NCBI GenBank assembly: GCA_963696385.1
Contig: CAVOKF010000004.1
Span: 256,001-320,000, forward strand
DNA length: 64,000 nt
Source: an uncultured delta proteobacterium
GTDB taxonomy: Bacteria; Myxococcota_A; Polyangia; Polyangiales; Polyangiaceae
Reading direction: 5' to 3'
Each line of letters begins with the position of its first letter. Position 1 is the first letter of the stretch. The position numbers and the translations under genes were made by a program. The notes under the pieces are model-generated. The model was not told the origin of the DNA, searched no databases, and saw only the letters and a list, made by a program, of their open reading frames with translations. Below are positions 22,319-32,238 of the stretch, in pieces.

Positions 22319-22990
22319 CTAGTCTCCGAGGTAATCGGAAACTTGGATCATGGTGGAGTGTCTCGAGAGCTCCGGCACGTCGGCGCGGGGCAGGGCCAGT
22401 AGGATGGGCGGTCGCAGCAGGTGCGCGAGCTCCGCCGCGTTATGCCCGGTGGAGGCGTCGGGTGTGTCGGGCGCGACGAGGACGATGCCGGGGACATCCA
22501 CCCCAACGCTTTGGGCGGCCCTCGTGGTCGAGAGGACGTCGTGCAGCACGCCGAGTCGGTCGGGTGCGACGAGCACGATCGCGTCGGCGTCGAGGTCGCG
22601 CACGAAATCGGCGTTCACGGTCGTGTCGGAGATGGGGGTGAACAGGCCGCCGGGCAATTCGACGACGACGACATCGGATTGTGCGCGGACTTCGGAGATC
22701 CTCGCGAGTAGGGGTCCGGTGCGAATGGGACCTCGGCCGGATCGTCGGGCGGCGAGATGCGGCGACAACGGCTCGGCAAACGCGTAGCCAAAAGGTTGCA
22801 CGTGAAACGTCGATGCCCGCTCCAGCCGGGCGGCGTCCGAAACCGACGCCTCACACAGTCCGGTTTCGATCGGCTTCAGGCCGATGACGCGGGGGTATCG
22901 CAGCGCGAAAAATCGCAAGAGCGCCTCGGCGAAGTGCGTCTTGCCCACCGACGTCCCCGTGCCGGACACAGCAATGAGCCGGGACCTCAC
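22319..22990 (-). CDS. bioD: dethiobiotin synthase
   Basis: SGTGTSVGKT, KPIETG, PLSPHLAA, VELPGGLFTP, DRLGVLH; downstream of bioF. Confidence 0.93.
   Translation of the reverse strand: MRSRLIAVSGTGTSVGKTHFAEALLRFFALRYPRVIGLKPIETGLCEASVSDAARLERASTFHVQPFGYAFAEPLSPHLAARRSGRGPIRTGPLLARISEVRAQSDVVVVELPGGLFTPISDTTVNADFVRDLDADAIVLVAPDRLGVLHDVLSTTRAAQSVGVDVPGIVLVAPDTPDASTGHNAAELAHLLRPPILLALPRADVPELSRHSTMIQVSDYLGD
22794..22809. other. parS-like site inside bioD
   Basis: GGTTGCACGTGAAACG, 13/16 match to TGTTTCACGTGAAACA. Confidence 0.5.
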
Positions 22991-24105
22991 AAGACGCCCG
23001 CGGCCATCGCATCGCGGACGATGGCGATGGCCCGGTCAATGTCCGCTGGTCCGTGGGCGGCGGTGACCGTGAAGCGAAGACGCGCCGTGCCGGCGGGAAC
23101 GGAGGGCGGGCGGATCGGGCGAACGTCGAGGCCGCGAGCGCGAAGGGCGTTGGACATCCGAACCGCGGCAGAGCTTGGGCCGATCACCCAAGGAATGATG
23201 TGACCAAAGCCAGCCGGCCGAATGCCGACGCGATGCAGGCCTTCGCGAAGGTGGTCGGCTGCGCGAAGGGTCCTTTCCCGTAGGGCCGGGTTCGCCGCGG
23301 CGGCCGTGATCCCGGCGCTGGCCGCGGCAGCCAGAGCGGGGCTCAGGCCTGTCGAGAAGACGAACGTCCGCGCGCGGTTCCAGAGCCAGGCCATGAGCGC
23401 GTCGCAGCCTGCGACGAACGCTCCCGCGGCCCCGAAGGCCTTGCCGAACGTGCCGACGACGGCATCCGCTCGGACGCCCGCGGCTGCACAGAGGCCCCGG
23501 CCTTGGGGGCCCAAGACGCCCAGCGCGTGCGCTTCGTCGACCACAAGCGCCGCTGCCCGCGCGTCGCAGAGGGCGCGCAGCCGTGCGAGGTCGGGCTGGT
23601 CGGCGTCCATGCTGAAATAAGACTCGGTGACCACGAACGACCGACCGGAATGGGGTTCGGAAAGCGCCCGCTCGACCGCGGCCAGATCGAGATGGGGCAC
23701 GACGACCGTCCGGGCCTTCGAGAGCCGGGCCCCGTCGATGATGGAGGCGTGGTCGAAGGCGTCGCTCACGATCCGATCCCCGGGTCCCGCCAGTGCGGAA
23801 ATCAAGCCGACGTTGGCGGCGTACCCACTCGTGAACACGAGCGAGGCCGGCTGCTCGACCAGGCGTGCGGCCAATCGTTCGAGGGCGATGTGTTCCGCGT
23901 GCTCGCCGACGACCAGGCGGGACGCGCAGGCGCCTGCCGCGGCCGGAGGACCGAACCGACCCCCGAGCCCGAGGTAGTCGTTGGAACAGAACGTGGTGGA
24001 CGGTGAAATGTGGGGCGCGGGGCGTTCGCGAAAGAGGTCGCGCCGCTTCAGATCGGAGAGTGCGTCGTCCAGAAAAAGGAGCGCCTGCGGGGAGGAGTGT
24101 TTCAC
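22987..24105 (-). CDS. bioF: 8-amino-7-oxononanoate synthase (start uncertain; GTG at 24105 chosen)
   Basis: FCSNDYLGL, FTSGYAAN, HASIIDG, ESYFSMD, VDEAHALG, GTFGKAFG, IRPPSVP. Confidence 0.95.
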   Translation of the reverse strand: MKHSSPQALLFLDDALSDLKRRDLFRERPAPHISPSTTFCSNDYLGLGGRFGPPAAAGACASRLVVGEHAEHIALERLAARLVEQPASLVFTSGYAANVGLISALAGPGDRIVSDAFDHASIIDGARLSKARTVVVPHLDLAAVERALSEPHSGRSFVVTESYFSMDADQPDLARLRALCDARAAALVVDEAHALGVLGPQGRGLCAAAGVRADAVVGTFGKAFGAAGAFVAGCDALMAWLWNRARTFVFSTGLSPALAAAASAGITAAAANPALRERTLRAADHLREGLHRVGIRPAGFGHIIPWVIGPSSAAVRMSNALRARGLDVRPIRPPSVPAGTARLRFTVTAAHGPADIDRAIAIVRDAMAAGVL

Positions 24106-24113
24106 GTGAAACT
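24098..24113. other. parS centromere-like site
   Basis: TGTTTCACGTGAAACT, 15/16 match to the canonical parS; perfect 14-bp palindrome GTTTCACGTGAAAC. Confidence 0.8.
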
Positions 24114-24427
24114 CACGGTGCCTGGGACGCTGCCGGGTCCGAATCGGAAGGCCCCAGGGCCGCGTCAATGCGCCCGAGCAGCCGTTCGAGCAGTGCGCGC
24201 ATCCGCGCTTTCACGGATTCGCTTCGCTCCCGCTCTGTCTCTGCCTCGTGCGCCAAAGCGATGGCGACCAGCAACAGGCCCTGCGACCCTGCGCCGCGCG
24301 CACTGGTCGGGATCTCGGCCAGCTTTTGATTGACGACCGAGGCCAGCCGTTGAAGCTCCTCCGCAGGGGCCGAGCTCACGACGCGATAGATCTGGCCTGC
24401 AATCCGCAGCTCGACCGTGTCACTCAT
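24113..24427 (-). CDS. zapA: cell division protein ZapA
   Basis: VELRIAGQIYRVVSS...LQRLASVVNQKLAEI...LLLVAIALAHE plus C-terminal coiled coil. Confidence 0.8.
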   Translation of the reverse strand: MSDTVELRIAGQIYRVVSSAPAEELQRLASVVNQKLAEIPTSARGAGSQGLLLVAIALAHEAETERERSESVKARMRALLERLLGRIDAALGPSDSDPAASQAP

Positions 24428-24567
24428 GCCTCGCCCCACGGTACCACGCAGGGATTGCGGAGCCGTTTTCAAACGGTACGGTACGGCGACGGCCTCGGGT
24501 TGCCGTCCAGGCGCCCGCGTCCAATCGCGCCCAGCGCAGCCGGGTACCGTATAGCGGGGCGCTGTAC

Positions 24568-25434
24568 TTAGTCCGCGCCCGCGTCGGTCGATGTGGACGT
24601 CGAGGTCGACGTGGATGTCGCCGTGGACGTCGCCATAGAGCTTGTGGTCGTGCCCGCGTCAATCGGGATGGCCGGCGGCGAGCAGTCCGTCGAAATGCCC
24701 TGACAGAGGCTGCAGTCGACGGAAAGATCCTGCCCAATGGCGCACGGCCCGGAGGTCGCGGCCATTTGCCCGCTGCCCACGCAGTTGGGGGATTGGTAGA
24801 GCGGACTGATGTCGGCCGCCGCAATCGTGACCAGGCATCCGCGGCAGAGAAGGACGGGGAATTGGTAGACGTCCGATTGGACCGAGTCGCCGCCGAGTGT
24901 TTGGCCGAAAAACTGGACGTAGGTCAGCAGTCGGACTTGATCGACGTGGTCCCCGGGGGGAGGCCCCTGATCGACGGCCGTGGCATTGTCGATCGTCGTG
25001 ACCGTGATCGGTCCATAGCTCGGCGTCCCGCCCGAAGCGGGAGGGATGGTCGTCGACACGAGATCTTCGAACCGGCTCACCGTGACTTGCTGGTCGTTTT
25101 TCACGATGACGGTTGCTTTTTGCAACGTCACGAACGACGTCTCGGTGCGGGGCGCGGTGGGATTCGCCTGGGCCACCAACTGATTGCCCACCAGATACGT
25201 CGGGTCGTATTCGCCGCGCAAATCGATGTCCAAGACGCCCCCGCCCAGGATCTGGGGCTGCGTGGGGTCGGAGGTGAACGAACAGGGGGTTCCCGACGAC
25301 ACGACCTGGGGCGCGAGCACGTCGTAGACAAAGAGAGTGCTGCCGTCGCTCGCACACGCCGAAAGCACGGCGCCCGTCCCCGCGACGGCCATCAGTACGG
25401 CAGAGACGCCTCCCCACAAGCGATTCATCGGCAT
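24568..25434 (-). CDS. hypothetical Cys-rich lipoprotein
   Basis: lipobox VLSAC, AGGAG RBS, Cys-rich C-terminus and Ser/Thr tail ending DAGAD. Confidence 0.75.
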   Translation of the reverse strand: MPMNRLWGGVSAVLMAVAGTGAVLSACASDGSTLFVYDVLAPQVVSSGTPCSFTSDPTQPQILGGGVLDIDLRGEYDPTYLVGNQLVAQANPTAPRTETSFVTLQKATVIVKNDQQVTVSRFEDLVSTTIPPASGGTPSYGPITVTTIDNATAVDQGPPPGDHVDQVRLLTYVQFFGQTLGGDSVQSDVYQFPVLLCRGCLVTIAAADISPLYQSPNCVGSGQMAATSGPCAIGQDLSVDCSLCQGISTDCSPPAIPIDAGTTTSSMATSTATSTSTSTSTSTDAGAD

Positions 25435-25682
25435 TCTCCTCGTGGGCCCCAGCTCGCCAAGCGCGGCGGTGCGCAATCACTCCCGTATCTACAAGCGTAC
25501 CGCGATACGGGCACAGCGCCAAAAAACGTCCAATCGGCCGCCCCGCCAGGTTGGAGACACGCCGGTTGGAGACACCCCGCGACTCGCCCCCCCCCGAGCT
25601 GCAAGCCCCCGCCTTCGGGGCCGTGCGTGCTCGGGGACCTCTCCCCCGTGCGCCTGGAAGGCCGCAACGGGTGCCGACCCGA

Positions 25683-27260
25683 TCAGGGGCCGAGAACGGC
25701 GTCTCGGAGGGTTTCCAGAGGTACCCGCTCGACGTGCGCACGCCCCGGGCCTGTCACGACCGGGAGTCGCAAAGTTTCCTTCTGCCGCTTTTTGTCGTGA
25801 TGGACGAACGGCCACGCCGCCGCAAGCTCGCTGCGGTCGGCGCGCGCGGGCAAGCCAAGGGTCGACAGCAGCTGTTCGGTTCGGAGGATCAACCCGGGCG
25901 GCGTCCATCCAAGCTTTTCCGTGGCGCGCAACTCGGCCATCGTGCCGAGCGCGACGGCCTCCCCGTGCAGCCACCGGGCGTAACCGCCGTGGGCTTCGAG
26001 GGCATGTCCTATCGTATGCCCCAGGTTCAGCAGGGCTCGGAGCGCCGTCTCGCGCTCGTCGTCGCGAACGATGCGGATCTTCGCTTGGATGGCAGCGCGG
26101 ACGATGGGCTCGAGCGCGATCGGTTCGCCTCGCCCGAGCGCTCTCGCATCGCGCTCGACGGCGTCGAAGAGGCGCGAGTCCGTGGCGAGCGCGATTTTCA
26201 CGATCTCGGCGAGCCCGGCAGCCCGCTGTCGGGCCCCCAGCGTCGTCAGGTGGTCCAGGTCCGCGACGACCGCATTCGGCTGGTGAAATGCGCCGATGAG
26301 GTTCTTGCCGGAGGGATGGTCGAATCCCGTCTTGCCGCCCACCGACGAGTCCACCATGGCGAGCAACGTCGTCGGTACTTGCAGGCAACGAACGCCACGC
26401 AACAGACACGCGGCGGCGAACCCGGCCAGATCCCCGACGACTCCGCCGCCGCACGCCACGACGAGCGCGTCGCGGTCCGCGGCGCCGGCGAGGGCCGCGT
26501 CCCAGATGGTCGACACGCTGGCGAGCGTCTTGTACGCCTCGCCGGGCGCAAGAGTCACTCGCGTGAGCGGTCCCCTGAATTCCGCCAGGGATCGATCGAA
26601 AACGGCGCCGCGGGCCCGGTGCACGTTCGAGTCCGTGACGACCACGATGGACGAGGGGGCGGCGCGGTGGATCGAAGCCGCGAGACGGGCCGGTTCGCCG
26701 ACGCACACGTCAATCGGGTAGCTGCGCGATCCCAGCGGAACGAGCAGCGGATCCCGTTCGGCCAGCCCCACGACCTCGTCGACCACTGCGGCAAGCGTCG
26801 TCGTGTCGGTCGCGAGCGTCAGATGCGATTCGGCGTACGCATCGGCGCGCTGTGCAAGCAGATCCCGGACTCGTTCGAGGGGGCCCGTGCCCATGCCGAG
26901 TAGCGGGCGGGTCGCGACGTCTTGCGCACGGGCCACGATCGCTTCCGGCGAGGCCGTGAGCGTCACGACGACCGCGTGATCGGTCGCGAGCCGTCGCGAG
27001 TGCGCGGCCATCACTGTCCCGCCTCCGAACGCGATCACCTTCGTCACGCCATCGGTCAGCAGCCTCTCGACGACGACGGCTTCCCGAACGCGAAAGGCGG
27101 CCTCGCCGTCGCGGCGCCACAATTCGGCAATCGCCGCGCCGGCTTCGCGCTCGACCTCCTGGTCCGTGTCGACGAACGGTACCCCGAGCCGCGCCGCGAC
27201 CCGCGGTCCCACGGTGGTCTTTCCTACCCCCATGAATCCACTGAGGACGATCGAGCGCAC
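25683..27260 (-). CDS. aroKB: fused shikimate kinase / 3-dehydroquinate synthase (AroK-AroB)
   Basis: GFMGVGKTT, DTD, GEAAFR, GGG, RPLL (AroK); then GGGVVGDLAGF, PTTLLAMVDSSVGGKTG, LNLGHTIGHA, HGEAV (AroB). Confidence 0.95.
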   Translation of the reverse strand: MRSIVLSGFMGVGKTTVGPRVAARLGVPFVDTDQEVEREAGAAIAELWRRDGEAAFRVREAVVVERLLTDGVTKVIAFGGGTVMAAHSRRLATDHAVVVTLTASPEAIVARAQDVATRPLLGMGTGPLERVRDLLAQRADAYAESHLTLATDTTTLAAVVDEVVGLAERDPLLVPLGSRSYPIDVCVGEPARLAASIHRAAPSSIVVVTDSNVHRARGAVFDRSLAEFRGPLTRVTLAPGEAYKTLASVSTIWDAALAGAADRDALVVACGGGVVGDLAGFAAACLLRGVRCLQVPTTLLAMVDSSVGGKTGFDHPSGKNLIGAFHQPNAVVADLDHLTTLGARQRAAGLAEIVKIALATDSRLFDAVERDARALGRGEPIALEPIVRAAIQAKIRIVRDDERETALRALLNLGHTIGHALEAHGGYARWLHGEAVALGTMAELRATEKLGWTPPGLILRTEQLLSTLGLPARADRSELAAAWPFVHHDKKRQKETLRLPVVTGPGRAHVERVPLETLRDAVLGP

Positions 27261-27342
27261 GATCAGCGCTCCGCGACCGCGACATCGAGCGACGGCGCCG
27301 GGCCCCCGAGTCCATCGTCCCCTTGGACGCCCGCCCGCATGG

Positions 27343-28512
27343 TCAGTATTCCGCGAGTTGAGCGCGATAGCCCTCGACATTTCGCGAGAGCTCGCGCATC
27401 GAATCGCCGCCGAACTTCTCGAGCAGGGCGTCGGCCAGTACGATGGACATCATGGCCTCGCCGACGACGCTAGCGGCCGAGACCGCGCACACGTCGCTCC
27501 GCTCGAAGGCCGCGTCGTAAGGCTCCTTCGTCATGACGTCGACGCTCCGCAGCGCCTTCTTCAGAGTGGCGATCGGCTTCATCGCTACGCGGCAGACCAC
27601 CGGCTCGCCGTTCGTGATTCCACCCTCCAGTCCCCCGGCGCGGTTGCTCGGTCGCGTGAAGCGGCGCGCGTCCGAATCGTAGCCGATCGGGTCGTGAACC
27701 TCCGAGCCGCGCGACCGCGCCGCAGAAAATCCCGCACCGATCTCCACGCCCTTGATGGCCTGAATGCTCATGAGCGCTTGCGCCAGACGTCCGTCGAGTT
27801 TTCGATCCCATTGAACGTGACTTCCGAGCCCGGGGACGACGCCGGTCGCGACGACTTCGAACACGCCGCCGAGCGTATCGCCGGCGTGTGCGGCTTCGCG
27901 GATCGCCTCCTTCATTCGCGGCTCAGCGGCCGGGTCGGCGCACGCGAGGTCGCTCGCTCGAGACCTCGTCCGAAGGTCGTCCAGCGTCCCTTCCGGTGCG
28001 GCCGCGACCTGGACGCCGCCGATCGCCACGACATGGGCGAATAGGTCTATCCCGACGGCGCGGAGCAGTTTTCGGCACACGGCGCCGACCGCTGTTCGCG
28101 CCGCCGTTTCCCTCGCGCTTGCCCGCTCCAGCACGTCGCGCAAGTCGTGGACTCCGTGCTTGAGGCCGCCCGCGAGATCCGCGTGACCCGGACGCGGCCG
28201 GGTGAGCGGATCGGGCCGAACTTGCATTGGGGCGGGCGACATGCGGTCGAGCCAATGAACGTGATCGCGGTTGGCGATCGACATCGCAACGGGCGACCCG
28301 AGCGTTTCGCCTCCGCGCACGCCACCGATGAACTCGACGCAATCCGTCTCAATCTTCATGCGGCCGCCGCGGCCGTAGCCCCGTTGTCTTCTAGCCAGGT
28401 CCACGTCCACGTCCTCGGCCAGCAGAGCGAGACCTGCGGGGATTCCCTCGACGATGGCCGTCAAACGGGGTCCGTGCGACTCTCCGGAGGTAATCCAGCG
28501 AAGGCGAGACAT
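27343..28512 (-). CDS. aroC: chorismate synthase
   Basis: TSGESHG, RRQRGYGRGGR, PRPGHADL, ERASARETA, GGLEGGITNG, KPIATL, RSDVC. Confidence 0.98.
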   Translation of the reverse strand: MSRLRWITSGESHGPRLTAIVEGIPAGLALLAEDVDVDLARRQRGYGRGGRMKIETDCVEFIGGVRGGETLGSPVAMSIANRDHVHWLDRMSPAPMQVRPDPLTRPRPGHADLAGGLKHGVHDLRDVLERASARETAARTAVGAVCRKLLRAVGIDLFAHVVAIGGVQVAAAPEGTLDDLRTRSRASDLACADPAAEPRMKEAIREAAHAGDTLGGVFEVVATGVVPGLGSHVQWDRKLDGRLAQALMSIQAIKGVEIGAGFSAARSRGSEVHDPIGYDSDARRFTRPSNRAGGLEGGITNGEPVVCRVAMKPIATLKKALRSVDVMTKEPYDAAFERSDVCAVSAASVVGEAMMSIVLADALLEKFGGDSMRELSRNVEGYRAQLAEY

Positions 28513-28618
28513 CGTGGTGGCGTAGGGGAAAGGGCACGCTCGTGAAAACGGAAGCAGCGAACGCTAGCAAGCCGACCGCCGGCGCGGAAGTCGGCGTGCT
28601 ACCTCTGATCGCCCGCGC

Positions 28619-29440
28619 ATGGTCGGCCGAGAGTTCGCGTTTCACAAATACGAGGGGCTCGGCAACGACTTCGTCGTCCTCGATGCTGCCGAGGAAGGGA
28701 TCGTCGCACCGGGCCGGGCGCTCGCCTTGTGCGATCGCCGTCTCGGCATCGGCGCCGACGGCGTGATCCTCGTGCTGCCACCGCGCGTACCCGCGGTCGA
28801 CGCGCGCATGCGCGTCATCAACGCCGATGGATCCGTGCCCGAAATGTGCGGCAACGGTGTGCGTTGCGTCGCTTTGCACGTTGCAAGTCAGCGGGGGCGG
28901 CGCGGCGGGAGTCTCGTCATCGAAACGGATGCCGGTCCGCGCGCGTGCACCCTCGCCGAGGGAGCTACCGACTCGGTCGCCGTGGTCACCGTCGACATGG
29001 GCTTGGTGCAGGTCGTGGGCGATCGCACGATCGACGTCGACGGCGAGATCGTGACGGTGACGACGGTGGATGCGGGCAATCCGCACGCCGTCCTGTTCGG
29101 TGAGTTCACCCGGGGCGACATCGCGCGACTCGGTTCGCGTATCGCCGTGCACCCAGCCTTTCCGCGCGGCACGAACGTGGAGTTTGCTCGATCCGACGGT
29201 GCGGAGATCGATCTGGTCGTCTGGGAGCGCGGTGTCGGTACCACGCTCGCCTGTGGCACGGGCGCCTGCGCCACGGTCGCGGTAGCACGCTCCAAGGGGC
29301 TTGCGCCCGAAGGTACGCGGGTCGGGGTACGCCTTCCCGGCGGACGCCTCGACGTGACGATTGAAGCCGACGGCGCCGCGAGCATGAAGGGGCCCGCCCG
29401 TCGCGTGTTCTCGGGAACGCTCTCGAGCGGCTGGGGATGA
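28619..29440 (+). CDS. dapF: diaminopimelate epimerase
   Basis: KYEGLGNDF, GIGADG, NADGSVPEMCGNG, GNPH, TNVEF, WERGVGTTLACGTG. Confidence 0.97.
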   Translation: MVGREFAFHKYEGLGNDFVVLDAAEEGIVAPGRALALCDRRLGIGADGVILVLPPRVPAVDARMRVINADGSVPEMCGNGVRCVALHVASQRGRRGGSLVIETDAGPRACTLAEGATDSVAVVTVDMGLVQVVGDRTIDVDGEIVTVTTVDAGNPHAVLFGEFTRGDIARLGSRIAVHPAFPRGTNVEFARSDGAEIDLVVWERGVGTTLACGTGACATVAVARSKGLAPEGTRVGVRLPGGRLDVTIEADGAASMKGPARRVFSGTLSSGWG

Positions 29441-29443
29441 GGC

Positions 29444-30223
29444 TTACCCCTCGACGATCGTGCCAATCGTGTCGCCGAGAACCACCCGCTTGATATTTCC
29501 TCGCGTCCCCATTTTGAAGACCCGGATAGGCATGTCGTTGTCGCGGCAGAGCGTCACGGCGGTGGAGTCCATGACTCCGATGCGTTCGGACAGGAAGCGA
29601 TCGAACGTGACCCGGGAGTACATCTCGGCCGTCGGGTGACTCACCGGATCGCGAGCGTAGATGCCCTCGACTTTCGTCGCCTTGCAGAGGCAGTCCGCGT
29701 GGATCTCCATCGCGCGTAGCGCGGCCGCGGTATCGGTCGAGAAGTACGGGTTGCCGGTCCCGGCAGCAAAGACGACCATGCGACCCTTCTCGAGATGCCG
29801 AATAGCCCGGCGACGAATGTAGGGCTCGGCCACCTGTCGAATCTCGATGGCCGTCATCACGCGCGTCGCGACGCCTGCCTTCTCGAGCGCATCCTGCATG
29901 GCCAAGGCGTTGATGACCGTAGCGAGCATGCCCATGTAATCGCCCTGGGCGCGATCCATGCCCGTGCTGGCTCCTTTGAGGCCCCGAAAGATGTTGCCCC
30001 CACCGACGACCACACCAATTTGCGCGCCGAGCGCATGAACCTCGGCGAGTTCGATGGCCGTTTCACGGATGATGTTGCCGTCGATCCCGAATCCGCCGTC
30101 GCGTCCGCAGAGGGCCTCCCCGCTCAATTTGAGGACGACACGCCGATACTTGAGGCCCGGGTCCAACGGGGGAGGAACGACGGTCTCGTCGTCGCGCTCG
30201 TCGACGGGGCTCATGAACGACAA
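29444..30223 (-). CDS. pyrH: UMP kinase
   Basis: [43 protein letters not shown]. Confidence 0.98.
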   Translation of the reverse strand: MSFMSPVDERDDETVVPPPLDPGLKYRRVVLKLSGEALCGRDGGFGIDGNIIRETAIELAEVHALGAQIGVVVGGGNIFRGLKGASTGMDRAQGDYMGMLATVINALAMQDALEKAGVATRVMTAIEIRQVAEPYIRRRAIRHLEKGRMVVFAAGTGNPYFSTDTAAALRAMEIHADCLCKATKVEGIYARDPVSHPTAEMYSRVTFDRFLSERIGVMDSTAVTLCRDNDMPIRVFKMGTRGNIKRVVLGDTIGTIVEG

Positions 30224-31088
30224 GCACGATTACTCTTGCGGTCTCGGGCGTGCAATGGCCAAAAGACGCGCTTCGATTTTGCCCACGAGCTTGTCCGCGC
30301 CCTGCGCTCTCGCCACGAGAGCGGCGAGGCGTGCATGCCCATCGACGAGCGGCGGCCAGTCGCCGTCGCACTCCAAGTCCAGAATCGAACCAGACTCTCA
30401 GCCATGTCCCGTAGAGTCGTTCGTCTTCGTCCTCGGCCGCCGTCAGGCGCGTGGCGAGTTCAAGGGCGACGTCGGCGTCGCCTCGCTCGAGCGTGGCCTT
30501 GACCAGAACGTGGATGGCGTAGCGGTCGGCCTCACGATGGCCTAGGCGACTCATCGTCCGCAGCCGCTGGATGCATCGGTCGCGGCCCGGCGACGTTCCG
30601 GTTGCCCGGTCGAGGTCCGCTTCCACGACCGTGCGCAGCCCGTCGAGCCGGCCCCCACGCATCCAGGGCGTCACGGCGGCGAGGGCATCGAGCGCCCCGG
30701 AGCGGTTGCCGTCGGCAAGAAGCACCGCCGCCGAGCCGAGGCCCGTCGAGAACATTCGCGTCAGCCAAGGCTGCTGTTGCCGGCCTCGAGCCGATATCCC
30801 GCGCAGAATCGCCGTCCCCGTTCGGGCCATGCGCAGCTCTCGCGCCAGCCGCGACTCCTCGCTGCCAAGCAGCGCACCGACGAGGAGCGTCTCGGCCGAG
30901 CAGGCCACGAGAAGGGGCAGCGCGATCGAAAACAGCGATCGAGTTGCGTGGGTCCACGTCAACGCGGTTTGCGCGAGAGCCAACGTCGCCGCCGCGACCG
31001 CGCAGCTGGTCGTGGCCCAGCGCCATCGGGTCGCTACGAGCGGCGACCCGTGGTCGGGCATCTCCGGCTCGTCGTACGACGCGCGCAT
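30211..31088 (-). pseudogene. hypothetical membrane protein with an apparent frameshift near 30384
   Basis: helical protein reads ...YGTWLRVWFD then degenerates; removing one T continues as LDLECDGDWPPL...LLAIARPRPQE to a stop at 30229-30231, just before pyrH. Confidence 0.6.
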
Positions 31089-31196
31089 CCGTAAGCCCCT
31101 AACCGTTGCGACGGGGATCGGGCGCCGGGGCGCACCATGTCCGGGGCGCGGGCACTGCGCTGGCGCGAGGCACGCCTGCTATAGTAATCGGGGACC

Positions 31197-32204
31197 ATGC
31201 GGTTCGCCACGGCCCTTGCCGCCTTCGGCTTGGCGACGGCGCCGCTGCCCGCCTGTCAGCCGCGATCGGCACCCTCCGAAGGGAGCGGATCGGCGAAGGC
31301 ATCCGCAGACGCCGGTGAATCGCAAATTCTCGCGCGCGTCGGCGATCGCACGATCACCCTGGGGGACTATGTCGCGGCGCTCAGCCACTTGGATGAGTTC
31401 GATCGGCTGCGGTACGAGGCGCCCGAGCGGCGCAAGGACTTGCTCGACGAAATGATCGACGTCATGCTGCTGGCCGACGAGGCGCGCGACAAGGGCTACG
31501 ACAAAGAGCCTCTCGCGCAGCAGGAGCTTCGCGAGATTCTTCGTGACGCGATGCTCAAAAAGGCTCGGGAGGGGAGCCCCGCGCCGAATGCCATTCCCGA
31601 GGGCGAGGTTCGCGCCTACTACGAAGCGCACAGGGCCGATTTCCACGATCCCGAACGCCGCCGGGTTTCCGCCGTGGTCCTCGCGAGTCGGGCAGAAGCG
31701 GAGGCGGTCTTGCAGGCTGCCGAGCGGATCGCGGAGGGCGGCGCCGGTCCAGCCGCTCGGTCGGTGGCTTGGGGGGAGATCGTCCGGGCCAAATCGATGG
31801 ACCCGGAGTCGAAAGCCGATGTCCCTGTCGACCTCGCGGGCGACTTGGGGTTCGTCAGCCCGCCTGGCGACTCTCGGGGCGACAATCCCAGAGTTCCCCT
31901 CGAGGTCCGTCTAGCGGTCTTCGAGATCGCGCAGGTCGGTGACATCCTGGAACGAGTGGTTCCGGCGAGCGGTCGCTATTACGTCATCAAGTTCGCGAGT
32001 CGCAGCGAGGCGCACGACCGAACCATCGAGGATGCGGCGCGCACCATTCGAGTGAAGCTTGCCCGGGACAAGGCCAAAGCGAAGGAAAGTGCCTACATCG
32101 AGCAGCTCCGCCAGCAATTCCCGGTGACTATCGACGAAGCCGCGCTCTCCCAGGTCGACGTCGACGCGGCCGCCAGCCCGACGCCGCGTTCGGGCCGCCC
32201 GTAA
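31197..32204 (+). CDS. PpiC/parvulin-type peptidyl-prolyl isomerase lipoprotein (PrsA/SurA-like)
   Basis: lipobox PLPAC, LARVGDRTIT, EVRAYYEAH..F..PERRRVS, KSMD, GDLGF. Confidence 0.85.
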   Translation: MRFATALAAFGLATAPLPACQPRSAPSEGSGSAKASADAGESQILARVGDRTITLGDYVAALSHLDEFDRLRYEAPERRKDLLDEMIDVMLLADEARDKGYDKEPLAQQELREILRDAMLKKAREGSPAPNAIPEGEVRAYYEAHRADFHDPERRRVSAVVLASRAEAEAVLQAAERIAEGGAGPAARSVAWGEIVRAKSMDPESKADVPVDLAGDLGFVSPPGDSRGDNPRVPLEVRLAVFEIAQVGDILERVVPASGRYYVIKFASRSEAHDRTIEDAARTIRVKLARDKAKAKESAYIEQLRQQFPVTIDEAALSQVDVDAAASPTPRSGRP

Positions 32205-32238
32205 GCGATGGCCTCTCCCCGCGCGCCCCGGGGCGCGC

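Noticed and set aside
24030..24112. 6S RNA downstream of zapA (a common synteny)
   Set aside because: bioF begins within a few bases of the zapA stop; there is no room.
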